Assembly (NCBI GenBank): GCA_038087875.1
Contig: CM075977.1
Coordinates: 241,366,001 to 241,430,000 of the forward strand
Length of the DNA stretch: 64,000 nucleotides
Reading direction: 5' to 3'
Source: Malacoraja senta
Lineage: Eukaryota
The notes under the pieces were generated by a model that searched no databases, had not been told where the DNA came from, and saw nothing but the letters and a program-made list of their open reading frames with translations. Of the stretch, positions 11,541-25,163 are shown piece after piece (the stretch's first letter is position 1; each line of letters begins with the position of its first letter). The position numbers and the translations under genes are program-made.

Positions 11541-14500
11541 TGTACCATTAATGTATTGTGCCTTAATCCATATAGCATAGCAGCATTTGATATCAAATTA
11601 AAATAAATGTTAAGGCGTTTGAATATTCAGAGTTGGTCTTAAAAGTTCAGATATGCTTATATCGTAAATGTATACTTCCATCAAACTATTTCACACCCAA
11701 TTATTAAGGTAAACTGTATTTTAACTATTAAAATTGCAATTGATTTTTTGTTATCAAAAGTTTGTTATCAAAAGTTTTAAAAAATAATGTAATTTGAGTT
11801 TGGGTAAGTTCTGCCAACCAGTCTCCACTGTGTGCCTGCTTGTACTGAATACAGATCTGATACATTTACAGCTCTGTACTTTATGTGGCTCTTTCAAAGT
11901 CACAACAGCACGTCCCTTACAAAGGAATAAAAAACTTGAAATCTGAAAACATGCTGGAAACATTCAGTAATACAGGCAGCATCTGCACAAAGTGAAACAA
12001 AATTCTGAAGGGTCTTTGACCCAAAACATTAATGCTGTTACTCTTTCTACAGATGCTGCTGAGCTTGCGGAGTGCTTCCATTATTTCTATTTTAGTATGT
12101 GCCTTTGTTACTAATACTTTATTGGATCATTACCAATACATTTCTTACTTTGGTAAAAATGACATGCATTCCGATTTACAATTGCAGTGAATCACTAACA
12201 GAACCTTTTCATTAAACTGTTGCCAAGCATTGTGAAACCAATTGTGTTAGTACAAAAATGGCTCAAGTACCAGTTCTTTCCCCTTAATTATACTTAATGG
12301 CAATTGATTTTGTTATTGGATTTATATTAACTTTAAACACACAACCGCCCATAAAAAGTAAAAGGATAGATCCATTCCTGGCGGCATTTTAGGAAATATT
12401 ATCTGATTGCTTTCCGCTTCAAATGGTGTTACAATGTTTAATGGAAAGTACAAGGAGGCATTGGGTGCTGGCATGTTAGGCGCCAGAATGCCGTCTCTAA
12501 TAAAACTTGCTGAACAAGCTGAAAATCTTCCAGCACTCATAGCAGAAACAAACTACATACGCATGAGTTGGAATTGTTTCTCAGTGGCTGGATTTAGGCA
12601 GAGAGTTGATTATTTGAACCATAAGCACTGAGGCTGGTCCTATCAATAGAGGCAAAAGAGTTTGGGTCTGAACACATTGGTGTTTAGAAGAATGAGGGGT
12701 AACATTAGTGAGACATATTAGGTCCTAAGGAAGCATGACAGTGGATGTTTAGATATTCACGCTGGTCGAAGAATACCGAACGAGGGACATAGTTACAAGG
12801 AGCTAGTCATTTATACAAGAGGCAAACAGAACATTCAGTTCACCATGCAACCATGCATCTCTGGAATTCCTTACCTCATAGGGTTGTAGACATCAGATCA
12901 TTTGTAGTGCCTAAGGTGGAGGCAAGTATATATTTTTGGAAGGTTGAGAATTGAGGGCTGTGGGGAATTGGTATAAAAGAAGAGTTGAGGCCACTTTAGA
13001 TCAGCCATGATTATATTGAATGGTGAAGCAGGCTTGAGGAGCCAGGTGGTTTATTTCTGCTACTATTTTCTTGCATTCTTGGTTTGGAATTGTGTGGCAC
13101 AGCAGATAATTCTGCAACCTCAGAGCCCCAGCGACCAGCGTTTGATCCTGATATTGGATGCTGACAATGCTGAGTTTACACCTTCTCCTCATAACCATGT
13201 GGGTTCCTCACATCTGTTCTAGATTCCTCCAACATCTCAAAGATGTGCTGGCGGGTTAATTGATTACAATAAAGTATCCTCTCGGTTTCATGTCAATAGG
13301 AGAGCTGATAAACATGTGTGAGAGAGAATGCGTGGTACAGCTACAGGGAAGTAGCAAACGTGGGCAAAATGGGGTTGCTCCCTTTGGAGCCAGCATTGAT
13401 GGATGGGGCTATTAATCTCATTCTGTGCTGGTATAATAATCTGCATAGCTTTCCAATCTTAAATCCTCCTACACTTATGGAGAATTACAATTGCATCTTG
13501 GCAACTTACCCACAGCAGCCAAAGTCTAGGACAAAAGTGGGCAGTCAGGGATAGTGGAGAACAGATAGCAGCAAAGAGATAGGGGTGGGGGTGCCAACCA
13601 CACCCCATTGATACGCCTGCAGACAGCACACCAAAATTGTGTTGCTTGGGTTGTTAACAAAGACTAGATACTATGTGTTAGCTGCAGGAATTAGTAAGAG
13701 TACAGATATTGTGAGGTTCTAAGGTGAAGAACAACATATTGCAGGTGCTGAATACCTGAAATAAAAACAGAACATGTTGGAGATATTCCACAGCTCACAT
13801 AACATCTGAGAGCGAGAAGCATCAGATTATATTTGGTACTTCCAGTAGCTCTCCATGTTCTGCTCAACTTGAAGGATCATTCATTTATCGACTGAAAGAC
13901 AATTGTGGTAGTAAGTGCAGACTTCCTTGTCCTTGTTTGACCTTTGAGCCAATGATAAAGACATCAAGGTCTACGCCTTCCCACCTTATGATGGTGTGGA
14001 CTGGCACATTAACGGCAAGGCATTATTGTATTAATATGATTATATTGCTTGGCTGGTTTAGTGTAGGTTTAGATTTACTGTAGGTTTATTATTGTCATGT
14101 GTACCAAGGTGTAGTGAAACGCTTTGTTTTACGTGCTATCCAAACAGATCAGATATACTATACACAAAAATAATTGTCAAACTCAAGTACAATAGAATAA
14201 AGGTGAAGATACAGAGTACAAAATATACTTCTCAACACTGTAGCATATCAGTTCTATAGACAAAGTCCAATGTCCACAATGGGGTAGAGGTGAATTGGAC
14301 AATACCCTAGCTTATGGAAAGACCATACAGAAGTCTGATAACAGCAGGGAAGAATGTGTACCTGAGAGGGAAAGATCTCCCAGTTTAGATACTGATCTGC
14401 ATACTGTATGTTTAGTATAGATACATAACATGGAAACAGTCACCCATTCCTTCTCTCCAGAGATGATGCCTGTCCTGCTGAGTTACTCCAGCATTTTGTG

Positions 14501-14599
14501 TCTACCTTTGATTTAAACCGGCATCTGCAGTTCTTTCCTACAGACCTCTGGCCCATCGGGTCCATGCTGACTATAGATCACCGAGTCGCAATAGTTTTA

Positions 14600-15060
14600 T
14601 GCTAATAGGTTAATGTATGAGCAGTGTTTGATAGCTCTGGGCCAGAACTCACTGGAGTTTAGGGTGGGGGTGGATCTCATTGAAACCTATCAAATAATGG
14701 CCGAGATAGAGTGGATGTAGAGAGGATGTTTCCAGTTGTGGGAGAGTCTTGGACCAGAGGGCGCAGCCTCTGAATAAAAGGACATATTTAAATGTAGATG
14801 AAGATGAATTTTATTAGCCAGTGGGTGGTTAATCTTTGAAATTCATTGCCACAGATGGCTGTGAAGGCCAAGTCATTGGGTATTTTTAAAGCAGAGATTG
14901 ATAGGTTTTTGATTAGTAAGTGGATCAAAAGTTACGAGGGGAAGGCAAGAGAATGGGATTGAGAGGGCAAAACAGTTCAGGCATGATTGAATGTTAGAGC
15001 AAACTGGATGGACCAAAAGCCTAATTCTGCTCCTATCTTTTATGATCTTATGGTCTTATG
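14600..15060 (+). mobile_element. CR1 3' fragment
   Basis: DLIETY / RMFPVVGES / RVVNL-type remnants with TCTTATG-like tail repeats. Confidence 0.75.
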
Positions 15061-16212
15061 ATCTTATCCCACTTTCCCATCCACTCCCTACACACTAGGG
15101 ACAATTTACAGAGACCAATTAACCTGCAAGGTACCCGGAAGAAGCCACGGAGAAAATATGCAAACTCCGCACAGAAAGTACCTGAGGTCAGGATTGAACC
15201 AGGTCTCTGCACTGTGAGGCACCACTATGCCACCACAGAGCTGTTCATGAGAGGACTTTGCAGGACTGCCTTTGCTGTGCCCAAACTCAGTGCTGAGGTC
15301 AATGCTAGGTAGTTGATCTGACTTTATCCATTTTCCATTTGGCCTAACTGAATAGCCATTTCGATGGGCCATTAAGAATCAACTATGTGGTCTTTATTTG
15401 AAATAATTTGTGGGCCAGACTAGCTCAGGCCACAGATACCCTCCCCTGTAGGGTGTGAGTGAATCAGAAGAGATTTCACAATCATCCTGTAGTTTTCTCG
15501 GTTAACATTTCTACAATTAGTTGTTGTTGTATTCTAAATTTCATATTACTGAACATTTAAATATACAGCTGCTGACAACCCATAACACCTCATGGATACT
15601 CGGTTTTGAGTACTCTATATTCGGTTACTCAGATCTCTGATATTTTTTCCCACTGACATCCCCTGAAGATGACCTTGAACAGCTCAAGGGCTCAACAGCT
15701 CTGGTCTCTGTAATTGCACTATTAGTGAGTGGTATCCACAGTAGCCAGCTAAAAGGCAATAGAAGGTGTAATTGAGTTGGTGCTGTAATGGCATCATCAA
15801 ATCTGTCAACCTGAGAAGATAGTGTATTTGTTCTCCAATGGGCCACTGGCGCTCTTCTGAGGTGGCACATCAGTCATTCGAGGAACCTGCTGAAGAACAA
15901 ATACATTGCTAGCATATTGTGACATCTTCTCTGCCCGCTTGGACTTTGCTATCTAGAGTAATGAAGGCAGCAGCTCATGTTGACAATGCCGCCCGAACTT
16001 GCATGAACAAAGTCTGAGCCATTACAATCAGATCATAGGTGGCTTCTATGCAAAAGTGGAAGCTGAGATAGTGATCATTGGAAACTGCAAGATGATTCAG
16101 TCATCATGTGCTGAAACGGATACTCTATCCATGTTGGAAGAAATAGTTTTTGGGCTGGGTGCAAAGTTAATTTAGTTTAGTTTAGGGACACAACATGGAA
16201 ACAGGCCCTTCA

Positions 16213-17070
16213 TCAAGTATCAAGTATCAAGTATCCTTTATTGTCATTCAGACTTTTCAGTCTGAATGAAATTTCGTGCCTTGCAGTCATAACATGGAAT
16301 AAAAGAATAAAACACACAATGAACACAGATCTAACATCCACCACAATGAGTCCACCAGGCACCTCCTCACTGTGATGGAAGGCAAAAGTGTTAAAGTCCT
16401 TGTCTCTTCCCTCCTTGTTCTCCCTCTGCACTGAGGCGATCCAGGCCTTCGTGTTGTGACCCCGCCGGGTGATAGTAAGCAAGTCCCGCGGCTGAATCCG
16501 AGATCCGCGAACTGGCCGGTTCAAACTCCGCGGCCCGGGGTGGTCGAAGCTGCTAAAGCTGCCGCCCTCCAGTCCAGCGGACAAAGCTGTTGTTGCTGGA
16601 GCTCCGGAAAAACAGGTCACCAACCTGTGACCTGCGAGCTCCCGACGATGTCGTCCACTGGGCCCGCGGCCGAGTCCACTGGGCCCGCGGTCGAGCCTCC
16701 GAGGCTCCAAAGTCGGGTCGCCGCCGCCGCAACGCCACCACGGCCCCGAAGCCAGCCAGCCTTGCGTTGGTAAGTCCTGGCTGGCTCTGCCTCCGGAGCC
16801 TCGAGGTCGGTCCCAGTTGGAGGCCGCCAGCTCCGCCATTAGGCCTCAGCACAGACAGAGACGGAGACGGGTGATACAACAAGAAAAGGCCGCATGGCCC
16901 CCGAAGGAAGAGACCAAAAACATGTTTCTCCCACCACCCCCCCCCCCCCACACATACACTATTAAAATAAACTAAAATTAACTAAAACAGGACAAAAAAA
17001 ACAACAACAAAAAAAAACAGACGTACTGCAGGCGAGCCGCAGCTGCTAGGTCAGCGCCGCCACTTCCGGA
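16213..17070 (-). mobile_element. GC-rich non-coding retroposon with Rex1/Babar-type 3' end, inserted in a V-SINE
   Basis: Minus-strand 5' GGAAGTGGCGGCGCTG; 3' stem-loop TCATTCAGAC-TGAAAA-GTCTGAATGA, then CAATAAA and (TACTTGA)n; related 5' end at 63722. Confidence 0.7.
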
Positions 17071-19029
17071 TATCCCACCAAGTTCATCCCACCAAGTCCA
17101 TGCTGACCATTGAATACCCGTACTATGTTATCCCAACTTCACAACCTATACACTAGGGGCATTTTACAGAAGCAAATTAACCCTACAAACCCGCATGTCT
17201 TTGGAATTTGGGAGGAAACCAGAGCATCAGTCCCGTATGGTCACAGGGAGAACTTACAAACTGCACAGACAGTACCCATAGTCAGCATCACAGTCAGGTC
17301 TCTGGTGCTGTGAGGCATTAGCTCTACTGCTACATCGCAGTACTGCTGTAGTATTAGGTTGGAGTTAAATTTTATTTCAGGCAGATTCAGCCATCAAGTA
17401 TCTTGATGTACACACCCATCAGTGTTTGTCTATAGGTTGTTATATTCACCTGTAATTGTTATTCTGCTGCTATATTGCATTGTTCTCTAACATTGTTTAA
17501 TGCTTTAACGATTCAGATTAAACAGATGCCATGTGCTCTTATTAAATCCCAAGATTGAGCAGACATCTTACTAGATGTGTTTTAAATGTGTTATTTCAAC
17601 TATGATTCTTGAAGCCAAATAGATATTTGGTAGGAAAATGTTTGCTATAAAGAGAACATTTAGGTTTCTTGCATATCCTGAGATGATTTAAGGACATTTT
17701 CACATGATAGAGAATCTGGAGATGCAGCAACATTTCGGCATACATGGATGTAGTCCACAGAGTCTGTCAAAAACTGTAGTTCTACTGGGTTGAAAAGGAA
17801 TAAAGACACATATTTATTTTTTACAGCATTTAGGGAAAAACATTGGGAAGTTAATATATAGGAAACAATGTTTCTGTTGATTAGTTCCTGCTAAATAAAT
17901 AATTAGTGTTTTACTGATTGCAGCTTGGAAAGTAGCCAGGAAAGTACTTAATAGACAAATATTTATGCAATAAATTGTTTTTGAATTCCATATATAATGA
18001 GAATTAGGTAGACGTTCTTTGATGATCACATCTACCTCCATCTTTCTTGGATCAACATTTTTCTCTGCCTCATTGAGAAGATCCCAAAGATGTGCAGGTT
18101 GATCGGTTCATTGTGAATTCTCTCCAATGCGTAGATGAACGATAGACCTGGGTTAGTTGAAAGGAACTTGGAGAGAATAAAAGGACTAATGGAGGTTTAG
18201 GCTAATTGGTGCTTGATGACCACTGTGGATTCAGTGGACTGTGTGCTGCACAACACTAAAGTGTCTGTGAAGCTCCATCTAAAAATCAGGGTGTCTGTTC
18301 AGTTTGTTGTGACCTGGTTTACTGCAAAAAAAATAATGATTTCCAACAGGAGTTGGAGACAGTGAACACCACCCCTTACAGAATAGTAGTAACAGACAGC
18401 TTAAAGGAATTTCTCCTGTTTACTTTCAAACCTTCTAAAAAACTACCAGCCCAGTTAATTGTTTTCTAGCCCGAAGAACTGCTTTGAAAGGTCTCACTGA
18501 GAGAGAAAAATATATATATTTGAAAGTGTTTTATTTCTTTTACAAATTCTTAGTCTGGAACAACATATACTTTAATCTTAACCCACCCCTTACTGTCCTT
18601 TTGATTTAGTAGTCTTGCTCTTAAAACTTTTTGAAGAATCCCAAGGCTATGGACCAATTGGAGAAGAGGTGTGTAATTTAAAAAGACAATTAGGTTTGTC
18701 AGAACATGATGGAGTGTGTTGGACAGTGCTGAGGTTGGTACAGTATGTGCCTTTGATAATGTTGAATGAGAGGGAGCATGATGGTCGAGTTGCTATAAAG
18801 GAAAGGATCGGGCCAAAGGAAATATAGCACAATCTATTTATAGTGGATAGCTGGGTCTACAAATAGAGAAAATGTAATTTTTCTACTTACCACCTGCTTC
18901 CGGTAGTGCATTGGCTCCAGCGCCACTCTTGCTGCCGATAAACCTTAAAATTCACCATTGAGCTTGTCTCCTTATAAATCAGAGGAAAACTCTTCCATAC
19001 AAGTTCAACATATTTCAGTTTTCCAATCG

Positions 19030-20070
19030 AAACCACAGAAACCACAGAAAAGCTCTCCCACTCTAAATTCCTCCATTGACCTAGCCTCCACAACCTTTAG
19101 TTGTAGGGCATTCCCGAGACACATCCTCTGCAAGAAGTTCCTACAAACCTCATTTTTAAATTACCACCCGATGTTTTAACTATACCCAATATTAAATGCT
19201 TCAGTAAGATCACTCCTCATTCTTCTAAACTCCAAAGAAGAATGACCCACTCAGTTTAGCCTCCTTTGAAAGTGCAATCTTTTCATCCCAGGAATTAGCC
19301 TGCTAATCATCTCTAGGATCAATACATCCTCAAATAGTGGGACCAAAACTGTGCACTATCACCCAGGTGTGGTCACACTATTACCCTATATAACTGGAAT
19401 GCAAATACCCTTTCAACTCCCAATCCTCTTTCAATAAAGGCTAAAATGCCAGTTGCTTTCCTAAACCCCTACTGTAATCGTTTGCTCACCTATGATTCGT
19501 AAACAAAGACATCTAAATCCCTCCATACTTCACTCATCTGTACCCTTTCTCCATTTAGCTAATAGTCTGCCTTTGGATTTCTCTTACTGAAGTGCATAAC
19601 CTCACACTTACCACGTTAAACTTTATTTATCAAGCGCATACGCAACCAACCAATCTATGTTCAATTGCAAAGGCCTGATATCCTCATCACAATATAACTC
19701 CCCACCTATTTTCATGCCACCTGTTAACTTAAATACCTTACACTCCGTCCCCTCCTCTAGGTCATTAATATCAATTATAATAATTAATGATCAATTATTA
19801 ATTGTAATTAATTTATGGTAAATAATTGATGGCTGTGGAGCACCTTCTAGCCTGACAATACTGTTTATTCCATCTCTCTTTCTTCTATGTGGTAACCTGT
19901 CTTAAATTCACATTCACTGACACACTTTACCTAATACCTTAAGCTCTTACCTGTTGTGTAAGCCTTTTATGTGGTACCTTGGCAAATGCTTCTGAATATC
20001 CAATATACCTAATTTACACGTTGCCCTCTATTGCCTTTTCTTGTTACATCCTTGAGGAACTACGAACATT
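19030..20070 (-). mobile_element. Old CR1 RT-region fragment
   Basis: Antisense remnants of KAFDKVPH, KCEVMHF and PHLEYC..FWSP. Confidence 0.7.
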
Positions 20071-20844
20071 TATTGCCTTTCCTAATTGCTTTTGAAAGGT
20101 TGTAGTGAACAACCTTCTTAAACCACAGCTCTCTGGAACAGGTACTCCCACAATGCTGTTGGCAGGAAATTCTAGGGCTTAGATTTTATACCAAAAAAAG
20201 CAGCAAAATATATCCAAGTCAGGAAGGTATGTGATATGGAGGGGAACCTACAAATGATGGTGTTAACATGCATCTGCTATATTTTTCCTACTGGGTGGTA
20301 GAAGATGCCAGTTTGGCAGATGCTGTCAGAATAGCATCATACCTTTTAAAGATATCACACTCTACAGATGATGTGCATTGGTGGTGGAAGTTTTAATTGC
20401 CTAGGGTAATCGATGGGTTACCAGTGAAGTAGGCTGCTTTGTTCTGGATTGTGTTGAGCATCTTGAGAATCATTGAAGCTGCATGCTTTTCACTAGTGAA
20501 TATCATTCCAACACGCTCCATCATGTTCTGACTGAAATTGTTCCAGGCTACTTTGAGCCACATCCTGAGTCTCCATGTGCTTTTTTTATGTTTCTGATTC
20601 AATTCCAACTTTAACATTAAGCCAAAGCATGCGTGCACTGTGCAGTATTCCTCACAGAAACCAATTCTTAATTTGGAAGCAGAATGTTGCAGTAATGCTG
20701 ACATGCAAGAAGGCAATGAATCAAAGGTCAGATTTTTACGTGATAGGTACAGGTGGATTTGGAAAGGGAGTGGATAGTTGCATCAGAAGCGACAATGCAA
20801 CCTCCAATCTGTGATCTCTAGTCTGTTTTCCTCTGTTCTAGCAA

Positions 20845-21245
20845 AAAGGATGAGAGGGGATCTCATTGAAACATATAAAATTGTTAAGGGTTTGGACACG
20901 CTAGAGGCAGGAAACATGTTCCCGATGTTGGGGGAGTCCAGAACCAGGGGCCACAGTTTAAAAATAAGGAGTAAGCTATTTATAACGGAGATGAGGAAAC
21001 ACTTTTTCTAACAGAGAGTAGTGCGTCTGTGGAATTCTCTGCCTCAGAGGGCGGTGGAGGCAGGTTCCCTGGATGCTTTCAAGAGAGAGCTAGATAAGGC
21101 TCTTAAAAATAGCGGAGTCAGGGGATATGGGGAGAAGGCAGGAACGGGGTACTGATTGGGGGTGATCAGCCATGATCACATTGAATGGTGGTGCTGGCTC
21201 GAAGGGCCGTATGGCCTACTCCTGCACCTATTGTCTATTGTCTAT
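20845..21245 (+). mobile_element. Young CR1 3' fragment
   Basis: RMRGDLIETYKIVKGLD...; tail (CTATTGT)n; near-identical to 62655-63060. Confidence 0.9.
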
Positions 21246-24200
21246 CATCCTCAGGCAAATAAGTTTGTTAGTTTTAATGTTTTAAGGGGATAATATTAAT
21301 GTGGATTTGTAATTTGAATATATTAATGGATGCGATATTAACATGGGTTTGTAATTTCAATTGCAGAATTATATGTTTATTGAGCTGACCAGAACACAGG
21401 AATTACCAAGACCATTGCTATGGTTGGAAAAGTGCCTAAAGCATTTGGCAGATTTGGAGAGACATTTGCTTTGAAAATGTTAGCTTCCGGATAGAAAAGT
21501 TGCTCCAACGGACTCTGGGGGAAGATACTCTTGATCACTGACCTTCTCCCTGGCCTCCTTTGGCCTCTCCTGTTGAATTGACTTTGCCTTCCGGCCCTCT
21601 CTTCCTGTTTCTGTTTGTGCAGGAGGTCCTGTAGGACCAGCTCTTACTTGGAAAGTTTCAAATCAATAATGAACAAAAATTGCTTCAATCCCTGCAGCTC
21701 TGAAGAGAAGCCAAGCTGTGCTCAAGTCAATCCACAACAAATGTGAAAATAATTGATGATCCATCTTAAGAGTGTAGAAATAGGATTTTATTCTGTTTCT
21801 TTCCCCAGTTTGGCCCATAATGTGTTCTAGCTGCAAATACATATCTTAATTTGACCGCTTGTGCATAAACATGAGCATTTCATCCGGACATGTTACTGAT
21901 GCTTTTGGGTTGTTTCAGATTTCTAAAAGTTATTTGAGGTGCACATTATTTTTTGATCATTGAAGGTGATTGAAATTGTGGCTTTATAATAGTGATGTCC
22001 CATGGTACTTTGAGCAAAAACACCCACGAAACTAAATGATTTCATTTCCTTCCCCTTTCTCTGCATAAAATGATTTCAATAAATAGTCAATGTATCCTGC
22101 TATAAAATGGATGTCTGACTTACATATCCTGGAATATAAACAGATTTGTGATTCAGAAATTATTTCCTTGTTATCCCAATGACAGTTTTCTGATGATCTG
22201 TAATTTTTCTGCTCTAAAGTTTCCATCCAGAACATCAGATTTACAACAAGCTTTAGAGCTTCTCCCCGTGGAATTCCAGTGGAAAATTCATATCATCTGA
22301 CAATTCCAGCTTTACCTCAGCTGCTAAGAGCTCCCGAGTCTCAGCTGGAAGTTAATGCATGTTTGTTGTTTGTGCCCTATGGATTCTCCAGAGGATTTGA
22401 TTTTGAATTGAATTCTTGTCAATGGTAGATGATGAATAAAACAAAATGATCAGGTTTAGTTAAATGAATCTCATGTAAGCAGTGATTTTCATTGCACCTG
22501 TACCTCACCTTGTTTGTGCATATGACAATAAACTCGACTGGACTTGATGTCTGGAAGTGATCAGTAGATTGGCAATCTGACGATGGATTCTGATTGAGAA
22601 AGAACATCTCTAACTTCCTTAAATTGTTACAAAGGAGGTGAGACAGCCATTGGGCACATCCCAACTCCCAACAGATCCAATACCACCAGTCCCATTCCCA
22701 CTCTCCTTATTTCCCAATACACCCACAAAGTATCCTGGCTTGTGCACCAATAACCCCCCCTTGATTATTTATACTATTTCCCACCATAGGGGCAATGAAG
22801 AGTAACTAATTTACCTACTGGCATATTTTGGATGTGAAAGAAATTGGGGAACCAGGCAAGAACCCCGGCCATCACAGGGAGAAGAGCGAGCGAGCGAGGA
22901 GGGCCACCGCGAGCAAACATCGAGAATGAGGTGGACCATTGAGAGGGAGGTGGCATGGTCAAGAACGATAGGGGGACCTGGCGGAGTTGGAGGGGGAGTG
23001 CCAAGAACGAAGGGGGCATAAGTATGTTCAGTGAACTTTTGTAGCTTTGTTGGCACCAGACACATGGTGACACTTGTGTGAAGTCTGCTGGATGATTTTA
23101 CCGGGATGTATGCAAAACAAAGCATTTCACCGTGCCTAAGTACATGTGACAATAAAGTATTATTGAAAAATTGAGAACTATGCACGGCAGTCCTCGAGGT
23201 CAGAATCAAAATGGTTCTCTGCACCTGTAAGGAATCAGCAAGAACTGCTGCACCAATATGTTGGTGTATTCAAAACACTAAGTTTTGTATTCTTAAATTC
23301 ATTCCAGAAAAGATGAAAGTCTACAACCCAAAGTGTACAACCAGATTTTTTTTTTCAGTATACTAATGGAATTTTATGATTAACAATCATCCACTAAAAT
23401 AACTCACGTCGGTTCTTATGGTGGACAGAAACTGTAAGGTTTTTCTTTGCTGGCCTTGGTATACTCACAGGAGGTCAGAAATTATTAAATTATCCCATTC
23501 AGGTTGTTGAGTGATAATATGTGTTTACATTCCAGGAGAAACCAATCAGCATGCACATGATTGCAGGATACAATTCAAGACATTCAGGTTGATGTTAAAT
23601 ACACATGACCCTGATTTCTACAGGTCTGAATAAGAGAACTCTCCATTTTAAGGAAAGACCAGAAAGAATTTAACTTGCCGAAAGTTGCGATATCCTTACA
23701 GTGGAGTTTAGATGAATGGTTTGCTGTCCTCAATTCAAGTCCTTGAATTGTAATTATTTCAATACGTCGTGACACATAGCTTGTTGTATTTATGGTAATG
23801 ACCTTCACAAAAGTCACCATATGGAGCACTTCCTGTGGTCCCAGAGAGATGGGTATGATTTTCAAATGTAAGCCAATCATTCATGTTTCACTGGGCTGTT
23901 TGTTATTTCAGGTTTTTCTTGTACTCTGTATGTTCAAAGTCCTTGAGCTGCAATTATTTCAATATATTTAACTCATGTGGTTAGCATTTCTTTGTGGTTT
24001 ATTTCCTGTGAACCTCTGAGTGTGTATCTTAGGTTTATTAGTTATTTAAGATATTTATGAAACTAACAAGATGCAGCTTGTTATATTTTGTTATAGTTGA
24101 CCATATTATCATACTAACCATTTTATTTTTTAACATTTTAACTTCCATCATTACAAGGAATTTTTATAAATCATGGTGGCAAGCAGATTTTAATTTCAAT

Positions 24201-24850
24201 TCACATACTGGATTTTTATGTCAATTGTTTACCCTCTAGAATGTGCAAGTGAATGAATTTATTGAATTTAATTTAAGAAGTTCCTAGTGAGAATTTTAAT
24301 TGTGACTTTATGGCTGTTGGTTGAATCTTATGATCACTGCCAATCCATACTCATTACATTATGATGCTGACATCAAACTACACTGGATCTTCATTCACTT
24401 TACCTATTCATTTCAAATTCTTAGTTCAGTGATTCCTCACATAAGATGAGAGATGGGCAACCTTTTCACTCAGAGGGTGCTGGATATATAGATCTAGTTG
24501 CCAGAGCAGGTTGATGCTATTATAAAAACACTTAGGCAGGTACATGGATAGGAACGGTTAGAGAGATATGAGCCAAACATGGGCAAATGGGACTAGCTTA
24601 GATGAGCATCTTGATCAGCATGGACGAGATGAGACAAAGGGCCTGTTTCTGTGCTGTATGACACTATGACATTATGCCTTGAGCTAGAAACATTGTTGGT
24701 CCAGCTACCGTTTCTTCATGATGCTTTATAATATTACATTCATTGTGCTTTCTGAAAAAATCCCTAGTTCCTTATCCCGTGTTCGATCTTGCAGCTTAAA
24801 ACAATTTGTAAAGAAATTCCTTTGGAGTTTGTAGACCTCCCTCTATAATT

Positions 24851-25163
24851 TAGTTTAGTTTTAGCTTTTTAGTTTAGAGATACAGTGCGGAAACTGACCC
24901 TTCGGACCACCGAGTCCACGCCGACCTACAATTCCCGCACATTAACATTATCCTACACACCAGGGACAATTTACAATTTTACCAAGCCAATTAACCTATT
25001 AACCTGTATGTCTTTGGAGTGTGGGAGGAAACCAGAGCTCCCAGAGAAAACCCACGCAGGTCACGGGGAGAATGTACAAACTCCGTACAGACAAGCACCT
25101 GTACTCAGGATCGAACCCGGGTTTCAGGCGCTATAAGGCAGAATTCTACCACTGCACCATTGT
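24851..25163 (-). mobile_element. tRNA-derived V-SINE (HE1-like); other copies or fragments at ~13090-13300, 15060-15238, 16170-17348 (split), 22745-23256 (split), 28222-28665, 40400-40606, 63064-63227
   Basis: tRNA-like head with A/B boxes (TGGTGCAGTGG...GGTTCGATCC), V-domain GGAGTTTGTACATTCTCCCCGTG...CCTCCCACACTCCAAAGAC, CR1-like tail and (CTAAA)n. Confidence 0.85.

Noticed and set aside
16213-16951. Overlapping 100-200 aa ORFs in GC-rich inserts (also 8581-8997, 34045-34596, 39047-39615, 41284-42059)
   Set aside because: Expected from high GC content; no recognisable domains; all lie within mobile elements.
25095-25163. tRNA gene
   Set aside because: It is the degenerate tRNA-derived head of a V-SINE, not a full cloverleaf.
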